A stretch of DNA of 63,341 nt, the filler included, from Octopus bimaculoides (Eukaryota): assembly GCF_001194135.2 (NCBI RefSeq). It is 8 parts of 8 records of this genome, joined end to end, with 100 filler letters (N's around TTAATTAATTAA, not from the genome) between each part and the next. Parts side by side here need not be neighbours in the genome. Positions count along the whole stretch, not along the records: positions 42,526 to 57,671 come from NC_068988.1; positions 57,772 to 61,877 come from NC_068990.1; positions 61,978 to 63,341 come from NW_026381487.1; 5 more parts are not named here. One strand, 5' to 3'. The translations under genes and the position numbers were made by a program. The notes beneath the pieces are model-generated. The model was given only the letters and a program-made list of their open reading frames with translations. It was not told the origin of the DNA and ran no database searches. Positions 49,678-63,341 of the stretch are shown here, piece by piece; the stretch's first letter is position 1; every line of letters begins with the position of its first letter.

Positions 49678-52664
49678 CTGTGAAAGAAAAAAGACAATAC
49701 AAGGAAGAAAAATTATAAAATTATATTATTTCAGTTAATCCTTTAACATTCAGATTACTCTGTCAAAGGTAAAGCTTATTTTTTACTCATTGTTTTGAGT
49801 ATACTCATTGTTTTCTTGCAGCTTAGAGATTTTGATGTGATTGTTTTACTTTTAGAATGACATTGTAAAGTGGGTGTGAGAGGCCAGATCTGGCTGGTTT
49901 AAACATAAAACAGGTAGAATAATTCAGCTAGATATGGCTGGTTTCAATGCTAAAGTGTTAACATACATTTTACAAGAATGCTTGGAGATTGGTTAGCCAT
50001 ATCAAGTGTTGTAACAATTAGTAACAAAATGTTTAATAAGGGTTAAGGCTTTACAGTTGGCTGACTTTCTTAAAGTCAACTACTGAGATGTATGGATAAA
50101 GAAAGTGGGGAAGAGTAAAAGGGAGAGAGATAAAGATATATTTTTTTCTACTCTAGGCACAAGGACCGAAATTTTTTGGGAGGGGGACAGTCGATTAGAT
50201 CAATCCCAATATGCAACTGGTACTTAATTCACTGACCCCGAAAAGATGAAAGGCAAAGCCAACCTTGGCGGAATTTGAACTCAGAATGTAAAGGCAGACG
50301 AAATATCGCTAAGCATATTAGCTAATTTTCTAATGAGATGGATTAACGTTGCCCATTCAAAAAAGTAACTCAGTTCTAGGTACAGTTTCAGAGGGGCAAC
50401 CTGCATCTCACATTCTCAGTTGATAGTTTTACATGAAATTTACTTTTCAGTTACAAACACTGTTGAAAACCTTGTACACAAAAACAAGCAGATGGGAATA
50501 GCAAACGGCTCTCCACACATTGCCGAAACATACTAAAATGTCCATTGAATGCATGGGAAAATACTCAGTACATGAACTTTTGAATCATCAACATTTTAAC
50601 ATCCATTTTTCCATGCTTGCATGGGTCAGACAGAATTTGCTGAGGCAGATTTTTCTATGACTGGATGCCTTTCCTGTCACCAACCTTCACCAGTTTCTAA
50701 GTAAGATGATATTTTCCTATGATCAGACATGTTTTCACAAAAGATTGAAAACAAAAGGCAGTAGCATGACAGTGAAAATCATTTACAACTATCACATGAT
50801 ATCAAAGCAAAGAGATAGTAGCACCCTCAAGCAGACATAACAGCCTTCTCAGTTTCTGTACACTCACAGGCTTTAATCGGCTCAGGGTCACAGCAGAAGA
50901 GAGTTTCCCAAGGTGCCACACAGTGGGACTGAACCTAGAACCACGTGGTTAGGAAGCAAACTTCTTACCAAAAAGAATAAATTTCAGGCAGGAAAAAAAA
51001 CCAGCAGGCCTTGACCAACAGGATATCTACCACCTGGCAAGTGAGATGTGCATAATTCAAGTCCAAATCAAAGTGATCTGTTACTCTTTATTTTGTCTGT
51101 CTCAATGTTTGTAATTGTTTGGTATGATTCACAATAATTTTACTTGTCTTTGTCATTTTCCTTCTCTGAAGCAATAAAACTCTTGTATCAAAGCTTGTAA
51201 GAGAATTGTTACTGATATCTTTTGCCTGTTAAATCAATACATAAAAGTGAATTCTAAAAAACAGTATTTATTTTTAATTTTTATATTTAATTTGTAACTG
51301 AATAATAGGTTAACATGACTATCATTTTGTTTATAAATTGGTATAAGTCATATAAAAAAAAATCCATCTGTTCAATAAATAGATTTCTCTTTTTGAATAA
51401 AATTATTACAACAGCTGCAAGAATTCAATGACTTTTTTATTTTATAAATACAAAACAAAATGGATGTAATTGAGGATGCTTTCAGCTTATTACTAATCTC
51501 TGCTGGACTGTCAGACTATTTCTAGAGCTTATTTTTGGATAAAGAAACAGTTTGTTGGTTACTCTAAGAAAACTAATCTATCTCTACATTATCTTCATTT
51601 GTACATGCAAGTAAATGTGTGTGTGTGTGTATGTGTGAGATCATCATTGTTTCAACACCCATTTTTTTATGCTTGCTTGGGTCAGATGTGGTATATCATC
51701 ATCATCATCATAGTTTAACGTCCATTTTTCATGCTGAGGTCTGGAGAGCCAGCGGCTACACCAGGATCCAATCTGATCTGGCAAGGTTTCTACAGCTGGA
51801 TGCCTTCCCCTAATGCCAACCACTCCAAGAGTGTAGTGGGTGCTTTTTATGTGCCACCAGCATGGGAGCCAGTCAGGCAGCCCTGGCATCGATCACATCA
51901 CGTTTGGATAGTGCTTTTTACATGCCACAGACATGGGAGCCAGTCAGAAAGCACTAGCATTGGCCATGTTTGGATGATGCAAATGTGGTTCAGAAGCAAG
52001 CTTCTTACTACACTGCCATACCCATGGAAAATATTTGTATTGTAGTTTTTTGTAGCTCTATTCTTCCTCTACAACTTTTGTTTATTGTTATTGAAATTCA
52101 AATAAATTTTATCTCTTTTCAGACATAGGACAATGGAATGCCAACCTTCACAGCAGCATACCTGCCCCTGCCCTCTTGTTAACTCTCTCTTTCTCTCCCT
52201 TTTTTTCACTCTCTCTGGCTGGGTAACTATGTACTTCCTCTACAGCAAGACACCTGTTTCTGTTTCTCTGTCACACTCTAACCATTTATCATCTGACACA
52301 AGATCACCTCCTCCAATATTCCTTGTCTTGCAAAGTTACTTGGTGACCCTGCCAGTGCAGGTACCACTTAAAAAGCATTCAGTCCACACTGTAAAGTGGT
52401 TGGCATTTGGGAGGGCATCCAGTTGTAAAAACCATACCAAAACTGACCTCGTCTATGCTGGTGCCATGTAAAAAACACTCAGCCCACCCCACATCTAACC
52501 ATAAAAACCATACCAAAACAGACACAGAAGTATGGTGCAGGCTTCTGCCTGGCAAGCTCCTGTCAAACTGTCCAACCCATGCCAGCATGAATGGAAGACG
52601 TTAAATGATGATGATGTTGATTTGACAATCTAGACAACAATGTTCTACAGAATAGCCAACATAC

Positions 52665-52830
52665 CAGTATATTCCTGAGTAGCGTCTAAAGGATCAATCC
52701 AAACAACAATTTGATTCAGTGGAATTCTCTGGTCAGATTTTATCTCTTTATTCACATCTTCTCTTTGCTTTGCCGTGTCCTCTATGTTGTGAAAATCAAC
52801 TGGCTTTGTCTCGTGTTCTTCTGATATGAC
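52665..52830 (-). CDS. BPNT2: BPNT2/IMPAD1 (Golgi PAP phosphatase) exon, first visible, 166 nt
   Basis: ttttttaag acceptor, GTATGT donor. [55 protein letters not shown] contains the inositol-monophosphatase-family SEE and WIDPLDAT metal-binding motifs. Phase 0/1. Confidence 0.95.
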
Positions 52831-53139
52831 CTTAAAAAAATAAATAATATAAAATAAAAATCAGCTGATACATCGAAACAAGCAATATATATTATATGTA
52901 AAATAAAAAAATTATATATTTTAAAGAGAACTGGTTAATAGAACAATTATTACTTTTCATTTAAATTGAAAATATCTTCTTTGAAGTTTTCCAAACATCA
53001 TATATTTTAGTTATCAACCTAAAACCCAAATTTCTCTACTAAAATGGTTTGATCTGCTCTATAGAAGCTCTTCCTAGACAGTCTCCATATGAGGCTTATA
53101 CCAAAAGTAATGCTAAAGGGGCCATAATTTTTTTATTAA

Positions 53140-53990
53140 CTGACCTAGGCCATTCAAACTGCACATGTTGGTAGAAATAACTCTTCTTCACAAAGACACC
53201 ATTCCAAATAGTCTCCATTACAATTGATACATTTGTTCCAACCTTGAACTCAACACATGAATTCTTTTTTGAAAAAAACCAGGTCCTCATAGCTACTTTC
53301 ACCTCATCCGTATCATCAAACATCCAGCAGAGTTTCCTTGCTTGGACTGAACAGGTGGAAGTTGGAGAGTGCCAGATCCAGGTTGTATGATGAGTGACCA
53401 CTGACCAGGCTAATTTACTGATTGCCTGATTTTTTACCAAAAATGTGTGTGTTCATGTACTGTCAAGGTAAATGTGGATCATTTTCAGTTTTATTTCCAG
53501 TCTCTTCCTTCTAATGGCTTCTGCAAGCTTTCTGAGTGTCTCAATATATTGCTTGCAGTTCATGGTACAGCCATGTTCCAGAAAATCAAGAAGAATGGTG
53601 CCCTTGTCACCCTCAAAATAAGTCACCATGACTTTCTGTGCTGACTGCGGGGTCAAGAGCCAGAGTGAGGTTATATCATCCATCGTGGAGAAGAGGTGTA
53701 ACACTGTTTCATAGATTAAAGCTCTTGTGTCCAGATCATAAAGCTATGCCCATATTTCATCCCCTATCACTAAATTAGAAGAAAATGTCTTCATTGGTTT
53801 CATGTGCATCCAGCAGATAAAAGAAGACCTTCTCCTTAAATCAGGTGTCAACTGCCAAGGTACCCACTTTGCATATACTTTACTATACCCAAAATATTCC
53901 ACAATCAGACCACAGTTGAGTAGGAAGTTCAGAGACTGTGATTTGGGTGTCTTACACTATGGTCCCAGGTCATCCAATGCCACATGAGAA
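53140..53990 (-). mobile_element. Decayed mariner transposase
   Basis: Frameshifted GYSKVYAKWVPWQLTP, VIGDEIW, SAQKVMVT, KGTILLDFLEHG, PHHPYNLDLALSNFHLF, WNKCINCNGDY: the WVPHEL, TGDE and YSPDL-type mariner motifs. Confidence 0.85.
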
Positions 53991-54783
53991 TCAGAGAGAC
54001 TGGAAGAATAAGTACCAGGCTTAACAAAAAAAAAATGTTTGGGGTTAATTCATTCAATTAAAATAAATTGTTCAAGGCGGTGCCCCAACATGGCCACAGT
54101 CTAATAACTGAAACAAGTAAAAGATATTTTAACTAATTCTCTAAAATAAAAATAAAAAATAAAAATGCTTTCAGCAAAACTATCCCAAAGTATACTTTCT
54201 ATGTATAAGAAGCATGATGTGTTAGTCATCATAACACAATAAACAATGAATAAAACTGTCTCAAGGTTATTTTTTCTTAAGTACTTGTTGAAGAGAAAGA
54301 CAAAAAAATCTAAACTGTGGCAACTGAACATATATAAATGATGATTATATTACACAGTTCTCATCAAATTATCTAAGTAGTGTGGGGTGAATGGATAGAT
54401 GATGACTACAATAGATACCTAATCTTAAACATTTTTTATATTTGACTGAGGCAATTCAATATCAACAATGTAGAAATATAGCTTCCCATATATTTTTTAT
54501 ATACATACTAATGTAACACATTGTTTCCAGTTACATTTGTATATAATGTTTATACACACAAGTGCACAAATATTGCATTAGTATATCTTTTACTCAATTT
54601 CATCATTAGATTGTGACCATGCTGGAGCATTTCCTTGAAGGGTTTAGTAGAACAAATTGACCCCAGTACTTATTTTTTAAAATCTGGTACTTACACTATC
54701 AGTCTCTTTTGCCAATCTGTTAAGTCCCGGGAACACACAAACCAATCCTGATTCTTAAGCAAAAAGACAGACATATACATACA

Positions 54784-54844
<61 letters not shown>

Positions 54845-56667
54845 AACAGGCTTCCATCTACAAGTTTCAGTTACAAGGCATTGATTGGCTCAGGGTTATT
54901 GTAGAAGACATTTGCTCAAGGTGCCACACAGTGGGAGGAAACTGAAACCATGTGGTTGCAAGGTGTGCTTCTTAACCAAATAGTCATGCATACTGCTTCC
55001 AGAACAATGACATCGGGGATTAGAATGCATAAACATGCTTATTTACATTTAGCATATGCCATCTAAAAGTGTCTTTGCACTTGTATGTGACACCAGCACC
55101 TGTGAGCCCTCAACACAAAGGCCTCTTCGCTGAGAGAGGGACATACAGGATATGCCTGTATGTATGTATGGCCATAGTTTGACTTAGCTTGATATGTCTT
55201 CTCGAGCACAGCAAACCACCAGAAGTCTTGATCTCATGATGAAGAAGGCATGGCTGTGTGCTTAAAAAGTTCACTTCCTAATCATGTGGTTTTGATTTAA
55301 TCCCACTGCATAGCATGTGAAGTAAGTGACAGCTCTTGGCTGATCAAAAGAGTGGATTTGGTATCTGGAAACGGAAAGAACTCTGTTACATAAATCTACA
55401 TGTCTGTATATGTGTGGTTGTGTGTGAAAATAATTGCAAACAAGTGTCATTGTCATACAAGCAGTACCCTTTGTTATCAACCTTCTGTCCAGTCATGGGG
55501 AAATATTACCTTGCTTGGAAGCAGGTGAGGGTATGTGATAGGAACAGCATATGGCTGTAGAAAATCTGCCTCAATGAATTTTGTTTGACCCATACAAACA
55601 TGGAGGAGTGGATGTTAAGACAATGATATAATGATGAAATATACCAAATCTATTCATATGACTTTTTGACCTGGGGTTATAATAGAAAGCACTTGCCCAG
55701 AGTGCCACACAGTGGGACTGAACATAAAACCATGTGGAGGCAAAGCAAACTTCTTAATTATACAGCCATGCTTGCACCTATACTTATTCATAACTCTTAT
55801 CACAATAGTTCAATCTAGGCTCAACATTCCAACTTCTGAAAAATGGTTTCTGCACTTACATAGAATCTATTCTCTCACCCATTCACCTGATATCAGCAAC
55901 AAAATCTCGAAGTCTAATGTTTCTACCATTTATTGAACACCTTCAACTATCAATATTTGTTTGGCTATTTCGTATCTGCATTGAGGTTATCTAGCTCGGT
56001 CTGTCCTCACTTCTCTCTCTAAAATATTGGTTTTTTTAATCTCCTCATACACAAACACAGCTGGTGCAGAGGCACAACTGTGCTTTTATCATGCCAAACA
56101 GTCTGTAGCAATTAATATCCTCACTTACATGTATCTGCACAGCCTTCCTGCATTTATGCAAAACACACCCAGGCAACATCTGTCACATTTTGTCATACTT
56201 CTATTCCCTAGACACAACAGCAAAACTACCTAGAAACCTGGCAGCATGGCTGTATGGTTAAGATAATTTTGCAGCCACATGGTTTTAGGTTCAGCCTCAC
56301 TGCATAGCCTAGACATATATACTGCTTTCATGAACAGGGACCTTGAAATCATCCTCTAATGAGGACAATTTAGCTTATCTTCTGCAACAGTATAAAGGAC
56401 AACAGCTACATATATTAAAGTAACAGTCAAGCAGTAGATATGTCATATGCATGAGCAACATATAACCTCTACCCCATGTCACCACAAAGCTTTCACAACT
56501 TCTGACAATCTATCATGGCCAAATCTACACCCCATTTACTATGGTTCTTCTTCAGTCAGGACCCCACTCCTACTGCCACCACCATCTCAACTACAAAACT
56601 CAAAGGCAACCCATAGTGGAGTATTGCTGACACATCAAAAACAGTGCCATTGCTTTACAGAAGTATA

Positions 56668-57074
56668 GGTGTAGGAGTGGCTGTGTGGTAAGTAGCTTGC
56701 TTACGAATCACATGGTTCCGGGTTCAGTCCCACTGCGTGGCATCTTGGGCAAGTGTCTTTTACTATAGTCTCGGGCTGACCAAAGCCTTGTGAGTTGATT
56801 TGGTAGACAGAAACTGAAAGAAGCCCATCATATATACATATATATATATATGTGTGTGTGTGTGTATATGTTTGTGTGTCTGTGTTTGTCCCCCCAACAT
56901 CGCTTGACAACCGATGCTGGTGTGTTTACATCCCCGTAACTTAGTGGTTCGGCAAAAAAGACTGATAGAATAAATACTAGGCTTACAAAGAATAAGTCCT
57001 GGGGTCGATTTGCTTGACTAAAGGCAGTGCTCCAGCATGGCCACAATCAAATGACTGAAACAAGTAAAGAGTAA
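56668..57074 (+). mobile_element. Full-length tRNA-derived SINE (family 1)
   Basis: A-box-like TGGCTGTGTGG, B-box-like GGTTCAGTCCC, internal (TA)/(TG) tract, tail gactgaaacaagtaaagag. The same sequence recurs more than 10 times in the window. Confidence 0.9.
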
Positions 57075-57391
57075 AGTAGCCTAGCCAGTGGTTCATAAAC
57101 TGATTTTAATGTGAAACCTTTATTTGACTTTCAAAAAATTAGTACAACCCATATGTAAATTTTACAGATAATTACCACCACTCCAATTTTAATAAGACAT
57201 TAAATGAAACAAATACTGTTTTAAGGAGAGAATTTATCAGGAAAATGATACTATTTTCAAAATGATGACTAGCATTTGTTTTATGCAAATTTCATTAAAA
57301 GGCAGCTTGTCTTATGGCACCCCAATTTTTTTCAGAGCCCATTTTGAAAAATGCTGTCTTGCATTACAAATTAAAGGCTGGCCAGCCATAT

Positions 57392-57671
57392 ATCATCATC
57401 ATCATCATCATCATCATCGTTTAACGTCCGCTTTCCATGCTAGCATGGGTTGGACGATTTGACTGAGGACTGGTGGAACCGGATGGCAACACCAGGCTCC
57501 AATCTAAATTTGGCAGAGTTTCTACAGCTGGATGCCCTTCCTAATGCCAACCACTCAGAGAGTGTAGTAGGTGCTTTTACGTGTCACCTGCACGAAGGCC
57601 AGTCAGGCGATACTGGCAACGGCCACGCTCGAAATGGTGTCTTTTATGTGCCACCCGCACAAGCCAGTCCA
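57392..57671 (-). mobile_element. RTE-associated element 3' end with (GAT)n tail. Other copies 47783-47886 (-), 50585-50830 (-), 51695-51970 (-), 52330-52615 (+), 55440-55635 (+)
   Basis: (CAT)n-cgtttaacgtccgctttccatgctagcatgggttggacg...ctggatgcccttcctaatgccaaccac recurs at all listed sites. Confidence 0.75.
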
Positions 57672-58678
57672 NNNNNNNNNNNNNNNNNNNNNNNNNNNNN
57701 NNNNNNNNNNNNNNNTTAATTAATTAANNNNNNNNNNNNNNNNNNNNNNNNNNNNNNNNNNNNNNNNNNNNTATATATACACACACATACACACACATAT
57801 ATATACATGTATATAAAGTGTGCTGCGCATTCACGAGAAATAAGCAATAACGTTAGAGCGCAATACAACACTCCAAATATACATGGTGGATGCTTGCTAA
57901 ATGCACTTGCCAGTAACGGTTGTGACTTACATCACAATATATACAAAATGGTGAAAACTACATCAGAAAGAATAATCATTATTGATATACCTGTATATTA
58001 ATATTCTTTCGTTCGTTTCAATAATGCAATATCGCCGCACCCTTATGGAATGCTTGCATAATTTCAGCAGCTCTACAAAAATTTAAAGAAGTATTTGTTT
58101 ACATTTCTGTAACGAAATGATGACATAATGCAAGCATTGCATAGAGGTGCAGCGACATTGCATTATTGAAAATGAATATACTGAGATATCTAGAATGTTG
58201 TTTCCAGTTTTCTTTGCTGATAGATCTGTCCATTCATCTTTTCTGGCTGCTATTTTCTGGGAGTGTTGTGGCAGTGATACACTTTTCAGGTATCTTAGAA
58301 TTTATTAATGGAGTTTAATTTTGCAATGTGACGAAATTCGAGGAAGGGTTAAGTCAATTACATCGACCTCTGTGCTTCACTGGTGCATGTTTTATCGATT
58401 TCGGTAGGAGGGAAGGCAAAGTCAACTCCGGCGGCATTTAAACTCAGAAGCGTAAAGACGGACGAAATGCCGCTAAACATTTTGTCCGGCGTGCTAATGG
58501 TTCTACCAACTCACTGCCTTAAGATTAGCATAAAATATTTAACAATTATTAGTACTCTACTTTGCAAGGCGCTAGTCTGGGAAAAATACCAGTTATTTAG
58601 ATTAGTTAGACTGGACACCGTAGGAATTTTTGAGGTTCCTACTCGTAAAGTAGGGTGGATTATTGGAGGTTCCGGACT

Positions 58679-58711
<33 letters not shown>

Positions 58712-59464
58712 TAACTGAATGACTTGAATGACTTGAATGACTTATCCGGACCAATCAATTATATTTGTTTTAAATAAATTATACACGAATACAGGTAACA
58801 GCCGTGGTTCGTTAATTGAACTGGTTGACCCTGGCTGTTGACAGTTTGTAGCCAAGTTGTTCATCCGCTCAGTATTTGGTGATATTCACCATTGACTCAA
58901 TAAGTTCATCTACCGAAATAATTCACATTCACCATACTACTTCCCGTGGCTTCCTCATAACCCTGGCTCGAGTGATTACCGGGTGTCCCATTCCATCGAC
59001 AAATAGGTCTACCACAAACACACCGGTCCCTGTTCATGTTATAGATATCTCCCACCCCCATAACCGTCTCCACGCTCACGAATAATTAATATGGTATTTT
59101 CAAGTTCTAGGAAAAGTCAGCCCGTCGAGATTACGTTCCTACATATGGTTTGTCTTACTTTGCAAATGTCGACTTAGAGACATTAAAATTAAGCATAAAG
59201 TGTATCAATCTCACCAGTTTCATCAAGACCACGAGTAGAACGGGCATTACTCCATCTTCCTAGCTAATCGCAAATAATTTTTCTTTTACTGGTTTCAGTC
59301 ACTGGATTGCAGCCACGGTAGATTATATCGACTTCAGTAGCTAATTTAAATCGGGCACTTGTTCTATCGTTTACCTCATACCGAACTGCTATGTTAGAAC
59401 ATCGTAAAGAAGCTAGCAACAGTTTCCAAGTGGTGTTAGACAAATACAAAGACACGCGTGTACG

Positions 59465-59508
<44 letters not shown>

Positions 59509-60467
59509 CACACACGCACACACTCACGCAAAACACGCGCGCGCGCACATGCTCACACATGCATACACACACAGGCACATACACGCATACACACACACAG
59601 GAGCACAAATACAGACAAATACGGCCGGCTTCCGTACAGTTGTTTCCGTCAATCANNNNNNNNNNNNNNNNNNNNNNNNNNNNNNNNNNNNNNNNNNNNN
59701 NNNNNNNNNNNNNNNNNNNNNNNNNNNNNNNNNNNNNNNNNNNNNNNNNNNNNNNNNNNNNNNNNNNNNNNNNNNNNNNNNNNNNNNNNNNNNNNNNNNN
59801 NNNNNNNNNNNNNNNNNNNNNNNNNNNNNNNNNNNNNNNNNNNNNNNNNNNNNNNNNNNNNNNNNNNNNNNNNNNNNNNNNNNNNNNNNNNNNNNNNNNN
59901 NNNNNNNNNNNNNNNNNNNNNNNNNNNNNNNNNNNNNNNNNNNNNNNNNNNNNNNNNNNNNNNNNNNNNNNNNNNNNNNNNNNNNNNNNNNNNNNNNNNN
60001 NNNNNNNNNNNNNNNNNNNNNNNNNNNNNNNNNNNNNNNNNNNNNNNNNNNNNNNNNNNNNNNNNNNNNNNNNNNNNNNNNNNNNNNNNNNNNNNNNNNN
60101 NNNNNNNNNNNNNNNNNNNNNNNNNNNNNNNNNNNNNNNNNNNNNNNNNNNNNNNNNNNNNNNNNNNNNNNNNNNNNNNNNNNNNNNNNNNNNNNNNNNN
60201 NNNNNNNNNNNNNNNNNNNNNNNNNNNNNNNNNNNNNNNNNNNNNNNNNNNNNNNNNNNNNNNNNNNNNNNNNNNNNNNNNNNNNNNNNNNNNNNNNNNN
60301 NNNNNNNNNNNNNNNNNNNNNNNNNNNNNNNNNNNNNNNNNNNNNNNNNNNNNNNNNNNNNNNNNNNNNNNNNNNNNNNNNNNNNNNNNNNNNNNNNNNN
60401 NNTGCGTATGCGTGTGTGTGTGTGCATGTATATGTGTGTGTGTGTATGTGTGTGCATGTATATATAT

Positions 60468-60498
<31 letters not shown>

Positions 60499-60732
60499 CA
60501 CCTAAACATACACATATGTATGCAGACACAGAATTCTTTACATGTTCATTCGAATCTTGATATGTATCACGCACACTCATACACACACACAAACACACAC
60601 ACACACACACACGCACTCACGCACACACTCACATACACAAACATCGTTAAATAGAGTCGGACAACAAAACCGAACATTGGGAGAGAGAGAAATAATGAGA
60701 GAGAGAAAGAGAAAGAGAGACAGAAAGAGACA

Positions 60733-60772
<40 letters not shown>

Positions 60773-61062
60773 AATCTATTCGTTCATTAACCAGCATAGC
60801 GAAAGAAAAAAAACAACAAAAATCTCCGCGTTACAGAAGCCGAATAAACAGTCTTAAATTTAATGCGACAAATGTACAGTGTGTTTTGCCCCCGGACATT
60901 CTTTGTCAAGCTTTTCTAAATGTGTGTGAATGTATGTGCCGACCTGTGTGTGTGTACAGTCATCCGACCATGCAACCATCCATCCATCCATCCATCCATC
61001 CATCCATCCATCCATACATACATACATACATACATGCATACATATATATGTGTGCGTATATA

Positions 61063-61109
<47 letters not shown>

Positions 61110-61379
61110 GTATATATATATATACATACATATATTATGCATATGTGTAGTTATACATGCATATATACACATATATATAAAATGTAAGGTATACCTTTTA
61201 AATAAATGTAGGACTTAGCTTTTCTCTAAAACCTAATCAAGGTGGTTTACACGACAGGATTTTTATCTCTTTTTTTGGCGGGGTTCTATCAGAAAAAAGT
61301 GGCATTAATCTTGCGTTTTCCTTGTTTTATTGGACTCCTAACGTGGTCAGAATACTCAGCTATAAATTATTAGCTCATG

Positions 61380-61495
61380 GCTATTGTCCTGTGACGGCTC
61401 GGCACCCTGCCAAGGTGGGGAACCTTTACGGCAATGAAACCGGGAAACCGACCCTTATGAGCCAGGCATGGCTCGCGAAGGAACAAACAACAACA
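61380..61495 (+). mobile_element. RTE-like LINE/SINE 3' end
   Basis: ggcaatgaaaccgggaaaccgacccttatgagccaggcatggctcgcgaaggaa followed by an (ACA)n tail. Confidence 0.45.
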
Positions 61496-61837
61496 GCATA
61501 GCTATTGTCAAGGAATAACGTATACAAATTCGGAGAGAACAGCACTAGTCTTTGAAAATTGCGTGAATTGTGCCTGCATTAGCAACAAGATAAATTAATT
61601 AATTAACAAATTGATTAATAGTGCAGTTCTTGTGGGTGTGTACTTAGTGAAGTACGGTATATCTTATCAATAACCATACGATTTCGCTTGGTTGTACAAT
61701 GAAACAAAAAGGTCATACCGCAGTTTTGTTCTGCATAGGAAACGTATGTGCACGTATATATGCACAGATATACATACACATACACGGCCATACAAATACA
61801 TACATATAATATGCATATACATCTGTGAGTCTGCATT

Positions 61838-61877
<40 letters not shown>

Positions 61878-61978
61878 NNNNNNNNNNNNNNNNNNNNNNN
61901 NNNNNNNNNNNNNNNNNNNNNTTAATTAATTAANNNNNNNNNNNNNNNNNNNNNNNNNNNNNNNNNNNNNNNNNNNNA

Positions 61979-63290
<1,312 letters not shown>

Positions 63291-63341
63291 CATTCTATGT
63301 TCAAACTGACCAGATCTAGTCTTTCACACCAACCCTACAAT

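Noticed and set aside
58720-59100. Possible BPNT2 exon 1 or LINE end next to (TGAATGACT)x3
   Set aside because: All minus frames have stops and none resembles the BPNT2 N-terminus; element class unclear.
59264-60654. Long ORFs spanning N runs, and the many HTHT/CVCV/YIYI ORFs elsewhere
   Set aside because: Produced by gaps and dinucleotide microsatellites.

Overview
Repeat-dense animal genomic DNA. The SINE families, microsatellite load and short-linker C2H2 array point to a coleoid cephalopod, probably Octopus (inference, no database search). Seven artificial 100-nt joins (44N-TTAATTAATTAA-44N) split the window into eight blocks, so adjacency across them is unproven. Host genes: one 129-nt exon of V-ATPase V0 subunit a (+, 11662-11790), four spliced exons of BPNT2/IMPAD1 (-, 52830 to 48245, first exon not found) and a gapped C2H2 zinc-finger array (+, from 61979) whose tail decays through a repeated 2-nt deletion. 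The rest is tRNA-derived SINEs, RTE/CR1/L1-Tx1 LINE fragments, Penelope-like (PLE) fragments, mariner/Tc1 and hAT remnants, a tRNA-Gly pseudogene and many foldbacks. The most interesting signal is a set of hammerhead-ribozyme-like motifs: several PLE-type minimal type I motifs (one sense-strand near the V-ATPase exon, one U3-A8 variant) and a four-copy repeat family with CUGAUGA next to a covarying helix in type II-like order. All RNA structures were paired by eye; none has been computed or assayed.
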